From a virus (lineage: Duplodnaviria; Caudoviricetes), in IMG/VR virus record IMGVR_UViG_3300046167_000203, positions 1-59,580 of that record: DNA of 59,580 nt. The stretch is one strand, 5' to 3'. The number at the start of each line of letters is the position of its first letter. The stretch's first letter is position 1. Of the stretch, positions 20,376-28,915 are shown in pieces. The notes under the pieces were generated by a model. That model saw only the letters and a program-made list of their open reading frames with translations. It did no database searches and was not told the DNA's origin. The translations under genes and the position numbers were made by a program.

Positions 20376-20411
20376 ACTATACCCCAAGACATAGACATAA
20401 ATCTACACTAT
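20376..20411 (-). promoter_or_regulatory. Portal-operon promoter with RTGTCT tandem boxes
   Basis: Minus ATAGTGTAGATTTATGTCTATGTCTtggggTATAGT. Confidence 0.6.
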
Positions 20412-20425
20412 ATTCTAGGAAAAAG

Positions 20426-21742
20426 CTAGTAAGAGTTTTCTAATTCTCCAACTCCTCTAACATTGTCCAGATCAATATTATTCATAGTAGCATTCATCAT
20501 TAGGGGCATTGATGAAGCTGCAAGGAATAAAGCGGTAACACAATCATCATGAAAACCTCGTGGAGCTTCATATCTTATTCTACCTGTAGCGGTAATATTA
20601 TAAGAGTAAGCCTCTAATTCTCTCCACAAATGTGTAGTGTCGTGACTTGGATCAGCTATTGTTCCTGGTTGTGGTATCTTCAAAACGCCTTCTTCTATAA
20701 GAAGCATTAAGTTCTGTACCATCTGTGCTTTCTTTTCATTTGTAAACTTTATAGGCTCTATTGCTAAACCTTTACGAGATAGGTTTTCAAATATAGGATC
20801 ACCAACTCCCGTGGCATCCATAATTACTTTACCTCTAAACCTTGAACAGAAATATTCTATCCTCTGACTAATGACAGACCAATCTAATTGATTAAACCTG
20901 TCAAACCCAATTACATTTGAGTTTGAATCTAGTGCAACTAGACAAGTAAAGTCAGTATGTTTAGCTAAGTCAACTCCAACACGACATCCATCAGCTTGCG
21001 GAACAAGTGCGGTGTTTGCACTACGTTCCATCATTTGATCTAAGCCACGAAATACGGCACCACCAGAATCCATAAACTCTGCCATGAATTCTTGTTTAAA
21101 CATATCAGAAGGTAGTTCATCTCTTAATCTATCTAATTCTTCATCGCTAATAAAAGGATTGGTTTTAGTAGGAAATCTAAAAGTCTTCCAAGGATTTGGT
21201 TTACCATTCTCTAATTCTTTATCCAAACCTCGTAAATAAAATTTATGAAAAGCATTTTTACCTTTAGGTGTGCCCATAACCCATGCCCATCCAGTTCTAT
21301 CTAGTAACATCGCAGCAACTGGACCTGACCAAAGTTCATCTAAGTCAGATATAAAACCTGCTTCATTTAGAATAACGCCATCATACTGACCACCACGAAG
21401 GTTATCTGGTTGATCAGCGGAGAAAAAAGTAATTCTATCACCATTTACTAAACGAACTTCCATAGGAGGTGTCTCAATACACTTTTCAACAAGTCCACCA
21501 CTTTCAGCAAAGGCTCTAAAAACTCTAAAACTTTCTTTTCCTTGCGGGTTATAGACGGGATTAAGCCATGCATATAACTTTTTACCTCTAGGACTTTTAT
21601 GAGTAAGGCTATGAGATAAAATTTTAATAGCAGCCATGTGATCTTTGCCCCATCGTCTACCACAAACTAAAGTAATAAACCTATGTGGGTCTTCTAATAC
21701 TAATTGTTGGGCGTGATGAGCCTCAAATGTTACATCAGTCAT
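20426..21742 (-). CDS. terL: Terminase large subunit
   Basis: CGRRWGKD Walker A, LRG..YDGVILNEAG Walker B, GTPKG, RNase H-like GVDLA...D...HDDCV. Confidence 0.95.
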   Translation of the reverse strand: MTDVTFEAHHAQQLVLEDPHRFITLVCGRRWGKDHMAAIKILSHSLTHKSPRGKKLYAWLNPVYNPQGKESFRVFRAFAESGGLVEKCIETPPMEVRLVNGDRITFFSADQPDNLRGGQYDGVILNEAGFISDLDELWSGPVAAMLLDRTGWAWVMGTPKGKNAFHKFYLRGLDKELENGKPNPWKTFRFPTKTNPFISDEELDRLRDELPSDMFKQEFMAEFMDSGGAVFRGLDQMMERSANTALVPQADGCRVGVDLAKHTDFTCLVALDSNSNVIGFDRFNQLDWSVISQRIEYFCSRFRGKVIMDATGVGDPIFENLSRKGLAIEPIKFTNEKKAQMVQNLMLLIEEGVLKIPQPGTIADPSHDTTHLWRELEAYSYNITATGRIRYEAPRGFHDDCVTALFLAASSMPLMMNATMNNIDLDNVRGVGELENSY

Positions 21743-22235
21743 CTTTAGAAGGTCTCTTAAATGATAAAGTATTTACCTTTTCTGCTCTACCTTGGATAAC
21801 ACCGTCAACAGGAGCGGTTAATGTATCAAAATCTACGCTAGGTCCTGTTTGATTTATAGTAATGTTAACCTTACCTGTCTCCATTGGGTTCTGTTTACCT
21901 TGCATACTAATAGGAGCTTGGTTTGGTAGACCTTTTTGAAGTACCATTTTGAATAATTGTAGTTGACCATCAGTCAAAGCTCTGTCTTCTGGTACCATTA
22001 ACTGTACTGTACCGTTATTTCCGTAAACTCTCTCTGGTTGAGCGGACATATAACCTACTAGTTTATCTGCCATATCAGGTAAATACTGATATATGCGGTC
22101 AATAAACTGTCTTTGGTTACCTAAGAACGAAGGATGCTGCATAAGCATATCTTCTTGTTCTACTTTTGCTAATTCCTGTTCCAATGCAACCGCATTTTGC
22201 AGCCTTTTTGGGACCTTACTTATTCTTCTTGCCAA
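21735..22235 (-). CDS. Putative terminase small subunit
   Basis: Overlaps the TerL start; TTG start with GGAG RBS; first gene of the packaging operon. Confidence 0.55.
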   Translation of the reverse strand: MARRISKVPKRLQNAVALEQELAKVEQEDMLMQHPSFLGNQRQFIDRIYQYLPDMADKLVGYMSAQPERVYGNNGTVQLMVPEDRALTDGQLQLFKMVLQKGLPNQAPISMQGKQNPMETGKVNITINQTGPSVDFDTLTAPVDGVIQGRAEKVNTLSFKRPSKDD

Positions 22236-22712
22236 TATCAGACACTCCAGACACCTATCAATTTTATAATATAATAAAAAAAAAATAAAAATTTGTAAAG
22301 TTAATACTCAAAAACTAAGGGAGTAGGTTCCCCACACACACGCAGTTGCGATGGAACCAAATCGGGGGTCGATTTTTCTAGGCGGGGTGGGTCAATTTTT
22401 TATTTGTAAATTTAAGCGGGAATAGTGGCAAATAGGACTAGCTATCCTATGTGTGGCGGGCGGTATCACACAGTCAGCAACAGTTACAGAGGATTAAATA
22501 TTAGTTGTGTCCTAATTTGTGACATTATTGGTGTCTGACTGTGTCTAATGTCTGAATGTCTGACATTATTTAAACTTTTCCTGAAATTTTTTTATTCAGC
22601 CTGAAATTTTTTTAATGATCAGACTTTGGCTATAACATTAGGTTTATAATAATGATATGTGCAAGATTAGATTAAAAAGTTAGATAATTGCACATAACAC
22701 CAATTTAATCTC

Positions 22713-22742
22713 TTGACAAAAATAGGGTTTTCAAATTACACT
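22713..22742 (+). promoter_or_regulatory. Sigma70-type early promoter
   Basis: TTGACA-N18-TACACT. Confidence 0.55.
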
Positions 22743-22983
22743 CTACGAGTGTTTGACAGACAGAGGAGAAATAAAGGTTTTTAAGGACTGACCATCCAAC
22801 CCGCAGAATGAGGTAACTGCTTTGATAACCGCCACTTTAGGTTTATGTACGATCCAAAAATTCTGACTACTAGCATGGGTAAATAGCTAGCCACCGCAGA
22901 TTAAGAAATTCAAGTTAAGTTGGTGCAAAACACGATCCACTCCTAAGACTTGAAATTGTTTTTAATCACTCCAAACAAATTAA

Positions 22984-23013
22984 TTAGGGGGCAATTCTTT
23001 TATTGCCCCTTAA
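22984..23013 (+). other. GGGGCA hairpin 1 (cassette element)
   Basis: 12-bp stem TTAGGGGGCAAT/ATTGCCCCTTAA directly 5' of the hammerhead. Confidence 0.75.
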
Positions 23014-23015
23014 AA

Positions 23016-23067
23016 AACTGTAGTTGAATGTAATTCAGCCTGATGATCTCAAAAGAGTGAAACAGTT
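23016..23067 (+). ncRNA. Hammerhead ribozyme HH1, type III
   Basis: Stem III AACUG/CAGUU, GUA cleavage triplet (after 23022), stem I GUUGAA/UUCAGC, CUGAUGA core, stem II u-CUC aaaa GAG-u, GAAA. Confidence 0.9.
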
Positions 23068-23093
23068 AACTGACAGATTGAGGAGTTTCAATA

Positions 23094-23402
23094 ATGTACA
23101 AGAAATTAAATCAAGACGAAATCAAGTTACTTAGGCTTTTATCTGATGCTTATAACTTTGGAAATATTGCGGATGTAGATAGCAAAACAGATAAGGAGTT
23201 TGGTGGTAAATTTGTTGGCAACTATGAAACAATGAATTTAGTAAATGAATTAGATCATTATCTAGTTGCTCGAATTTGTAATCCAATATCTAAAATTATA
23301 ATCTCAATACTTGGTCAAGAGTTACATGATGATTGGATCAATGGATCAAACTATGATGTAGATCAGCTAATAAAATTAACAGATAGTGAGGGAGCAATAT
23401 AA
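23094..23402 (+). CDS. Early hypothetical protein
   Basis: 102 aa, GAGGAG RBS. Confidence 0.75.
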   Translation: MYKKLNQDEIKLLRLLSDAYNFGNIADVDSKTDKEFGGKFVGNYETMNLVNELDHYLVARICNPISKIIISILGQELHDDWINGSNYDVDQLIKLTDSEGAI

Positions 23403-23764
23403 TGAAATTAAATAAAATATATGACCATAGAAATATGGGACAATTAGATGATGGTTATCCATTGAGTATATGGATTGAATGTACTGCTAAAGATGGTGCT
23501 GAATATAAAGGTTGGTATCATCCAACAGATGAATGGAAAACTTTTATTCCTAAAAGTTTAAGTGGGAGAAAAAGACCACTTTATGACAAAGGTTTTTATT
23601 TTCACCAATCTAAATTGGCATCAGGGAAAACTTGCTCAAGAAAAGTTTCAGTTAAGATACAAAAAACTTTAATAGATTTAATTCATCAAAATCTAGCATC
23701 AGTAACTGATTATGGAATAATGTGGAATAAAATTCAAAGTGATAAAATCAATACAAACAATTAA
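23402..23764 (+). CDS. Early hypothetical protein
   Basis: 120 aa, TAATG translational coupling, GGAG RBS. Confidence 0.75.
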   Translation: MKLNKIYDHRNMGQLDDGYPLSIWIECTAKDGAEYKGWYHPTDEWKTFIPKSLSGRKRPLYDKGFYFHQSKLASGKTCSRKVSVKIQKTLIDLIHQNLASVTDYGIMWNKIQSDKINTNN

Positions 23765-23774
23765 AACTAGACAT

Positions 23775-23810
23775 GGGGCAGTATTTTTTTATTGCCCCTT
23801 TTCAATTTTT
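23775..23810 (+). terminator. GGGGCA hairpin 2, terminator-like
   Basis: GGGGCAGTA/TATTGCCCC stem followed by a U-rich tract. Confidence 0.6.
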
Positions 23811-23868
23811 TACTGATAATCGAATGTGTTATTCGATCTGATGATTGCGAAAGCATGAAATCAGTAAA
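23809..23868 (+). ncRNA. Hammerhead ribozyme HH2, type III
   Basis: Stem III UUUACUGA/UCAGUAAA, AUA triplet (cleavage after 23818), stem I AUCGAAU/AUUCGAU, CUGAUGA, stem II u-UGC gaaa GCA-u, GAAA. Confidence 0.9.
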
Positions 23869-23890
23869 CTGACAGACATGGAGAAAGTAA

Positions 23891-25360
23891 ATGCTTAAAT
23901 TTACAAATGAACAAAGGACTATGGTTCTAGGTGCAATTAGATCAGAATTGATCAATCAGCCACATTTAAAGCCGTCTAAAGGTGTTAACCTTTTGACCAA
24001 AGCGGAATGGATACAATTAGCGGAAGATTTGGGAATTGATTTAAATAACTTTGGGACTGTAGTTTCACAAAATATTGGTCAACAAGTTAGACAAGCTAAC
24101 CCGCCCAAGGTTGTAGCTAATCCAATTGGTCAGCCTGATTTAAAAGTGTCAGGCATAGACAAACAGTTAAATAATATTATGGGTTTGCCCGTTAAAGATT
24201 TAAGGGATCAAATTAATGATCTATTAATTTTTAAAAATAATCCGCCCATAACTGAGAAGATTGTAAAAGTTTCTGATGGTTCAGTTTCAGAAATTGGATT
24301 TCCTGAGACAGAGATTTTGCCAATCAATAAGGTTAGGTCTGAAACGGGTTCTAAACTATTTGGTTTTAGATCATTCGCAGATAAAAGTTTTGATATCTAC
24401 AATGATCCAAGGTCTCCCGTAGTTGATGAAAATTACACACCTCAAAAAGAAGTTTTAGAAATGTTCCTGAGTTGTGCATCTAATAAAGATGGAAGAATAC
24501 CTGATAATATATTTTTGTATGGAAAGGCGGGTACGGGAAAAACATCACTACCTAGATGGTTTTGTGCTAAGACGGGTAGGCAGTTCATTGCCATTACGGG
24601 AAATGCTGATCTAAGTATTGATCAGTTTTTTGGGAGTTTTGGTGCTAAGAATGGATCAACATATTGGCAAGATGGACTTTTATTAAAAGCAGTTAAACAA
24701 CCTTATACAGTTTTATTAATTGATGAAATTGCAAGAATTCCACAAAATATTTTAATTGCTTTAAATGGTGTTCTTCAAGATCGTGAATATATAATACCTG
24801 AGACGGGCGAAAGGATACCTTTTGCGGAGGGTGTTGTTATTGTAGGTGCTGATAATACAAATGGTCAGGGCGATCTGACGGGTCAATTCTCATCAGCGGT
24901 TCAAATGGATAGTTCTACACTTAGTAGATTTGCGGTATCTCTTGAGGTCTCATATCCTAAACCATCTGTGGAAAGTAAAATCTTGCAGAATAAAACGGGT
25001 ACGGGTCAAAGGCTTTGCGACAAAATTGTAGAGTTTATTAACCTTTGTAGAGATGCAAATACTAGAGGAGATGCTCCAACACTTGCTCCAAATTTTAGAA
25101 ATACAGTTTCATGGATTAACAGATTAGTTGATGGAATTGATCCTAAGATTTCTTTAATGGCTTGTATGGGCAATTCACTTGATCCATCTGATAGGGAATT
25201 GTTATCTCAATTATTTAATACTCATATTGATCCTAAGATTATGAAAATATTAGTAGTTGATGGAGAATTGCCCGCTGAAGAAATTCAGACAGAACAAGAT
25301 CAGACAGTAGACACAGAAGAAGACACGTCTGAAGATACTGAAAAGAAAATGCCGTATTAA
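23891..25360 (+). CDS. MoxR/CbbQ/CobS-like AAA+ ATPase
   Basis: GKAGTGKT Walker A, LLIDE Walker B, ADNTNGQGD, STLSRF. Confidence 0.9.
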   Translation: MLKFTNEQRTMVLGAIRSELINQPHLKPSKGVNLLTKAEWIQLAEDLGIDLNNFGTVVSQNIGQQVRQANPPKVVANPIGQPDLKVSGIDKQLNNIMGLPVKDLRDQINDLLIFKNNPPITEKIVKVSDGSVSEIGFPETEILPINKVRSETGSKLFGFRSFADKSFDIYNDPRSPVVDENYTPQKEVLEMFLSCASNKDGRIPDNIFLYGKAGTGKTSLPRWFCAKTGRQFIAITGNADLSIDQFFGSFGAKNGSTYWQDGLLLKAVKQPYTVLLIDEIARIPQNILIALNGVLQDREYIIPETGERIPFAEGVVIVGADNTNGQGDLTGQFSSAVQMDSSTLSRFAVSLEVSYPKPSVESKILQNKTGTGQRLCDKIVEFINLCRDANTRGDAPTLAPNFRNTVSWINRLVDGIDPKISLMACMGNSLDPSDRELLSQLFNTHIDPKIMKILVVDGELPAEEIQTEQDQTVDTEEDTSEDTEKKMPY

Positions 25361-25368
25361 AATTTTTT

Positions 25369-25403
25369 AACTGCTCCAATATTTTTTTATTGGGGCAGTT
25401 TTT
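25369..25403 (+). terminator. GGGGCA hairpin 3 (inverted orientation), terminator-like
   Basis: AACTGCTCCAATA/TATTGGGGCAGTT followed by TTT. Confidence 0.6.
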
Positions 25404-25407
25404 ACTT

Positions 25408-25459
25408 CCACCTGATGAGACCTTTTGCATGGTCGAAACATAATTTTTTTATGTCGTGG
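25408..25459 (+). ncRNA. Hammerhead ribozyme HH3, type I
   Basis: Stem I CCAC/GUGG, CUGAUGA, stem II GACC/GGUC, GAAA, stem III CAUAA/UUAUG, canonical GUC triplet (cleavage after 25455). Confidence 0.92.
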
Positions 25460-25513
25460 TAGCTACCTTAGACAGACTGACTATCATAACACACAAACAA
25501 GAGGAGCATTTTT

Positions 25514-27550
25514 ATGCATAATATTATTGCATGTGAATTAGTTTCAGCGGTTGAGAAAAATACTTTATCAGCTTTGAAATATGTAACTGATTTAAAACTC
25601 AAGAAATTAAATATTAAGTGGGGCGGTTATACTGCATCCACTAGTTGGGAATATAATGACAAGAATGAATTAATTTCTAATATTAATTTTCCACCAATCA
25701 AAGCTGATGCCAAGATTACTAATTATATGGCTGAGGTTTATACGGGTTTTGCCTTACATGAGATAGGGCATAATCTCTGCACTCAAAAAGATGTTTGGAA
25801 TAAAGCAGTAGCCTTGGAGAGAAGAGGTCAGGTTGGAATTACAAGACTTTTAAATGCCTTGGAAGACCCTAGACAAGAAAAAGAATTATTGTCTAGATGT
25901 CATTTTGAGGGTGCTAAAAATGTTCTTGAAAAGTTAACCGCTTGGGCAGTTGATGAAAGTATCAAGAATGGTTTTAAAGCTGATGATCCTAGAAATTTTT
26001 CATACTGCTTAAACATCTTGGCTTATATCGATATGTGCGGGTATAGTGTCCCGTCAATAGGTTCTGCTGAAGATTTGTTAGTATCTAGCGGTAAACTTAG
26101 ACATGACCTAGAAACGGCTTTAATCAAGTTAAAAGCATGTAAAAATACTCAAGATGTTTTAGACTTATGCATTGAGTTGATGGGGCAGTATTCAAACCAA
26201 AACCAAAATCAAAGCAATCAGGGTATGGGTGTTCCTGAGAAATCTGAAGATGGGTCTGAAAGTTCTGAAGATAAATCTGAAGATGGTTCTGAAAGTTCTG
26301 AAGATGGTTCTGAAAGTTCTGAAGATAAATCTGAAGATGGTTCTGAAAGTTCTGAAGATGGTTCTGAAAGTTCTAAAGATAAATCTGAAGATGGTTCTGA
26401 AAGTTCTGAAGATGGTTCTGAAAGTTCTGAAGATAGTTCTGAAAGTTCTTCATCATCTCAAAATACTGTCAATGTTGATCGATCAGGAGAAGAAGAGCAG
26501 TCAGGTGGTTCTATATCTATAGATTTATCTGATCAGTCTTTTAAGAATAAAGAAGATTATCTACAAGAAGATGCTAAAAATAATCCTGATAAAAATGTTG
26601 ATGGAGATAGACATTCTAGAAATGAAGATTTAAAAGCAGAAACTTACAATGTTAATCAGATGGTCGATTGTGATGATGAACATTTATCTAGACGTTTAGA
26701 TAATAAACTCAAATCAGTTGATAGAGCATTAAAATTAGTTAATGTTTCTGATTGCTCTCAAACTTTATCTAGAATTCTTAAAAATCCTGATAGACGTGGG
26801 TCTAAAAGACATAGAGACAGAGGTAAATTAGATGTTAGGAAATTAGGGAAATTATGTACTAATACTCCTAATATGTTTTATCAGCCTTGGAAACAAAAAG
26901 GCACTAAAACTGCCGTATCATTGTTGATTGATACATCATCATCTATGAGAGATAGAGATTGGGGCAACATAAGAGTTAACAATGCTAAGGAAAGTATAAA
27001 CTTAGCAATGATTTTGGGTAATGCTTTGCATAAAGTTCAAGTAAAATATGCAGTAGGTTGTTATCCTTATGCGGAGACACAAAGAGGTCAGGTTGTTTCA
27101 CTATCTGAGGGTACTGAGTATTATGATGACCCTTACACTTTACTGAAAGATCATGACCATAATTGGATCAAGTCTAAAAAGTTTATTGCATCTCAACACG
27201 GTAAGGCGGGCGGTGGAACACCTACCCATCAAGCTATGATGGCTGAGGGTCTTAGGCTTAGGAAAAGGTCTGAAGATCGTAAGGTTATGATTATTATAAC
27301 TGATGGAGCACCTAACTCAATTAAGCGAACCCAACAAGCCAAAAAGATTATGGCTAAATGGGGAATTGAGGTTATTGGTCTGATCTTATGTCTTTACAAA
27401 ATCTATGCTCACATAGACCCACAACAACAAAAAAGACTAGATGAGTTTGTAAAAGATTTTGATGGTTGCTTTGATCATTTCGTAGTTGAGGGATCAGCTA
27501 AAGACATGATTAAAAAAGGTCTTCACGATCTAAACAAAATACTTCGATAA
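25514..27550 (+). CDS. CobT-like protein: N-terminal zincin-like domain, acidic repeat linker, C-terminal vWA domain
   Basis: ALHEIGH...LLNALED.R.E; MIDAS LLIDTSSSM, GGTPT, IITDG; partner of the upstream AAA+ gene. Confidence 0.9.
   Translation: MHNIIACELVSAVEKNTLSALKYVTDLKLKKLNIKWGGYTASTSWEYNDKNELISNINFPPIKADAKITNYMAEVYTGFALHEIGHNLCTQKDVWNKAVALERRGQVGITRLLNALEDPRQEKELLSRCHFEGAKNVLEKLTAWAVDESIKNGFKADDPRNFSYCLNILAYIDMCGYSVPSIGSAEDLLVSSGKLRHDLETALIKLKACKNTQDVLDLCIELMGQYSNQNQNQSNQGMGVPEKSEDGSESSEDKSEDGSESSEDGSESSEDKSEDGSESSEDGSESSKDKSEDGSESSEDGSESSEDSSESSSSSQNTVNVDRSGEEEQSGGSISIDLSDQSFKNKEDYLQEDAKNNPDKNVDGDRHSRNEDLKAETYNVNQMVDCDDEHLSRRLDNKLKSVDRALKLVNVSDCSQTLSRILKNPDRRGSKRHRDRGKLDVRKLGKLCTNTPNMFYQPWKQKGTKTAVSLLIDTSSSMRDRDWGNIRVNNAKESINLAMILGNALHKVQVKYAVGCYPYAETQRGQVVSLSEGTEYYDDPYTLLKDHDHNWIKSKKFIASQHGKAGGGTPTHQAMMAEGLRLRKRSEDRKVMIIITDGAPNSIKRTQQAKKIMAKWGIEVIGLILCLYKIYAHIDPQQQKRLDEFVKDFDGCFDHFVVEGSAKDMIKKGLHDLNKILR
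26240..26449 (+). repeat. Coding tandem repeat (21-nt SEDGSES unit; 54-nt higher-order unit, about three copies)
   Basis: TCTGAAGATGGTTCTGAAAGT reiterated almost perfectly. Confidence 0.95.
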
Positions 27551-27557
27551 AATTTTA

Positions 27558-27587
27558 TAGTGGGGCAGTTTTAGAATTGCCCTACTA
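27558..27587 (+). other. GGGGCA hairpin 4 (cassette element)
   Basis: TAGTGGGGCAGTT/AATTGCCCTACTA stem abutting the hammerhead. Confidence 0.75.
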
Positions 27588-27641
27588 ACCACCTGATGAG
27601 ACCCTTTAGCAAGGTCGAAACATTTATGTCGTGGTAGCTAA
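27588..27641 (+). ncRNA. Hammerhead ribozyme HH4, type I with possible loop II pseudoknot
   Basis: Stem I ACCAC/GUGGU, CUGAUGA, GACC/GGUC, GAAA, short stem III, GUC (cleavage after 27630); loop II UUAGC complements the 3' tail GCUAA. Confidence 0.9.
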
Positions 27642-27695
27642 TTAATATCACAAGTTGACAGACTTAACACACAATCAAACTAATGGAGTTTCATT

Positions 27696-28265
27696 ATGAA
27701 TAATGAAAATAATTTAAATCTTTATGAGGTCACTACTAATAGACTTCAAAAAGTTAAAGCGGGTCGTTTTGTCCTTTCAGTATGGAGAGGAAAGACTGCT
27801 TATAAAGATGATGTAATCAAATGTTTTTTACCTGATGACGATCCTAGTTATGAGGACAGATTTGCTATAATTGACGTTAAACCTCTTTGGATTGAAAAGA
27901 AAAATCTTAAATATGTAAGGTCATTATCTGAAAAAGAAATAAAGCTATTAAATGATCACAATTTAATTAAAAGTGACAAAGCAGATGACATCTTTATTTA
28001 TGGTAAATTTATAAAAGAAAGTGAAAAGGCTCTCTTGATTAAGTTTGCTAATAAAATTGATGTTTGGATTGCTAAATCCCTAATCATTAATGATAGAATA
28101 TATAATCTAAAAAATCGTGAAGATATTTGTTTTGAATTTCCTAGATGGCTAGTTAATGACAAGTTAGGGAAAGACATAGCTGACAAGTTTGCTGATGCTA
28201 AAACTATTATCTGTGAAAACTTATTGTACAACCATCCTAAATTATGGGGAGGTGCTAATGAGTAA
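27696..28265 (+). CDS. Early hypothetical protein
   Basis: 189 aa, GGAG RBS. Confidence 0.75.
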   Translation: MNNENNLNLYEVTTNRLQKVKAGRFVLSVWRGKTAYKDDVIKCFLPDDDPSYEDRFAIIDVKPLWIEKKNLKYVRSLSEKEIKLLNDHNLIKSDKADDIFIYGKFIKESEKALLIKFANKIDVWIAKSLIINDRIYNLKNREDICFEFPRWLVNDKLGKDIADKFADAKTIICENLLYNHPKLWGGANE

Positions 28266-28482
28266 GATTAAAAAATTTCTAATCTTTATGTCTGTGATCT
28301 ATTTCTTTTTTGGGTTCGCAATTCTGGATCTGGTTGAGACAAATATTGCTTTATCCCAACCTACTGATTGGATCATGTGGGCAATATCAACTATGTTTAT
28401 TCTAGTTGGCATTGTCTTGCCCATCATCGTAATTGAAAGTGAATATTCTTTTAAGAGGTGGAGCAATGGGAACAGAAAATAA
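28258..28482 (+). CDS. Small two-TM membrane protein
   Basis: MSKIKKFLIFMSVIYFFFG..., two hydrophobic segments; GGAGG RBS gives the start at 28258. Confidence 0.65.
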   Translation: MSKIKKFLIFMSVIYFFFGFAILDLVETNIALSQPTDWIMWAISTMFILVGIVLPIIVIESEYSFKRWSNGNRK

Positions 28483-28915
28483 AATACCATCTGTGCCTGA
28501 TGAACTTTTAAGAAAAAGATTTTCTAAAAAATCTAGCCACGCAGGTAATACAAAAGCATTTCCAATTGAGGACATTAGACAGACACAGACAACGATCACG
28601 TCTGATCAACTTCGTGTCTGTCTTTTAGCCTTGGATATGTCTAGTAAAGAACTCTGCGGATTGTTCAAAGTTAATGACCAAGTTGTTAGAAATTGGTTGA
28701 ACAGTCGAACAAGTATACCAAAAGGTATTTCAGATTATCTAAGATTAAAAGTATCCATGAGGATCAGAGCCTTATCTATATCAACGGGTACTCCCGTCAG
28801 TTTAGATGAGGATTTACCATCTAGGATTCCAAGTGTTCGCAGTCTATCTGCGATCGAGACAATTCTACAAAACTTAAAACATTACTTACTTTATGAAAGG
28901 AACGACAATGAATAA
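28466..28915 (+). CDS. XRE-type HTH DNA-binding protein
   Basis: LRVCLLALDMSSKELCGLFKVNDQVVRNWLNSRTSIP HTH pattern. Confidence 0.7.
   Translation: MGTENKIPSVPDELLRKRFSKKSSHAGNTKAFPIEDIRQTQTTITSDQLRVCLLALDMSSKELCGLFKVNDQVVRNWLNSRTSIPKGISDYLRLKVSMRIRALSISTGTPVSLDEDLPSRIPSVRSLSAIETILQNLKHYLLYERNDNE

Noticed and set aside
22860-22900. Pistol or twister ribozyme (TAAATAG, GCAGA words)
   Set aside because: I could not build the required pseudoknots or conserved cores by eye; kept only as an unassigned structured leader
26240-26449. CRISPR array, or hammerhead cores (CTGAAGA...GAAA) in the repeat
   Set aside because: No unique spacers, it is an in-frame coding repeat, and no stems I-III can form
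23891-27550. Cobalamin-biosynthesis auxiliary genes serving NrdJ
   Set aside because: No cobN or other cob genes; early location and an HExxH domain fit generic phage MoxR-vWA pairs
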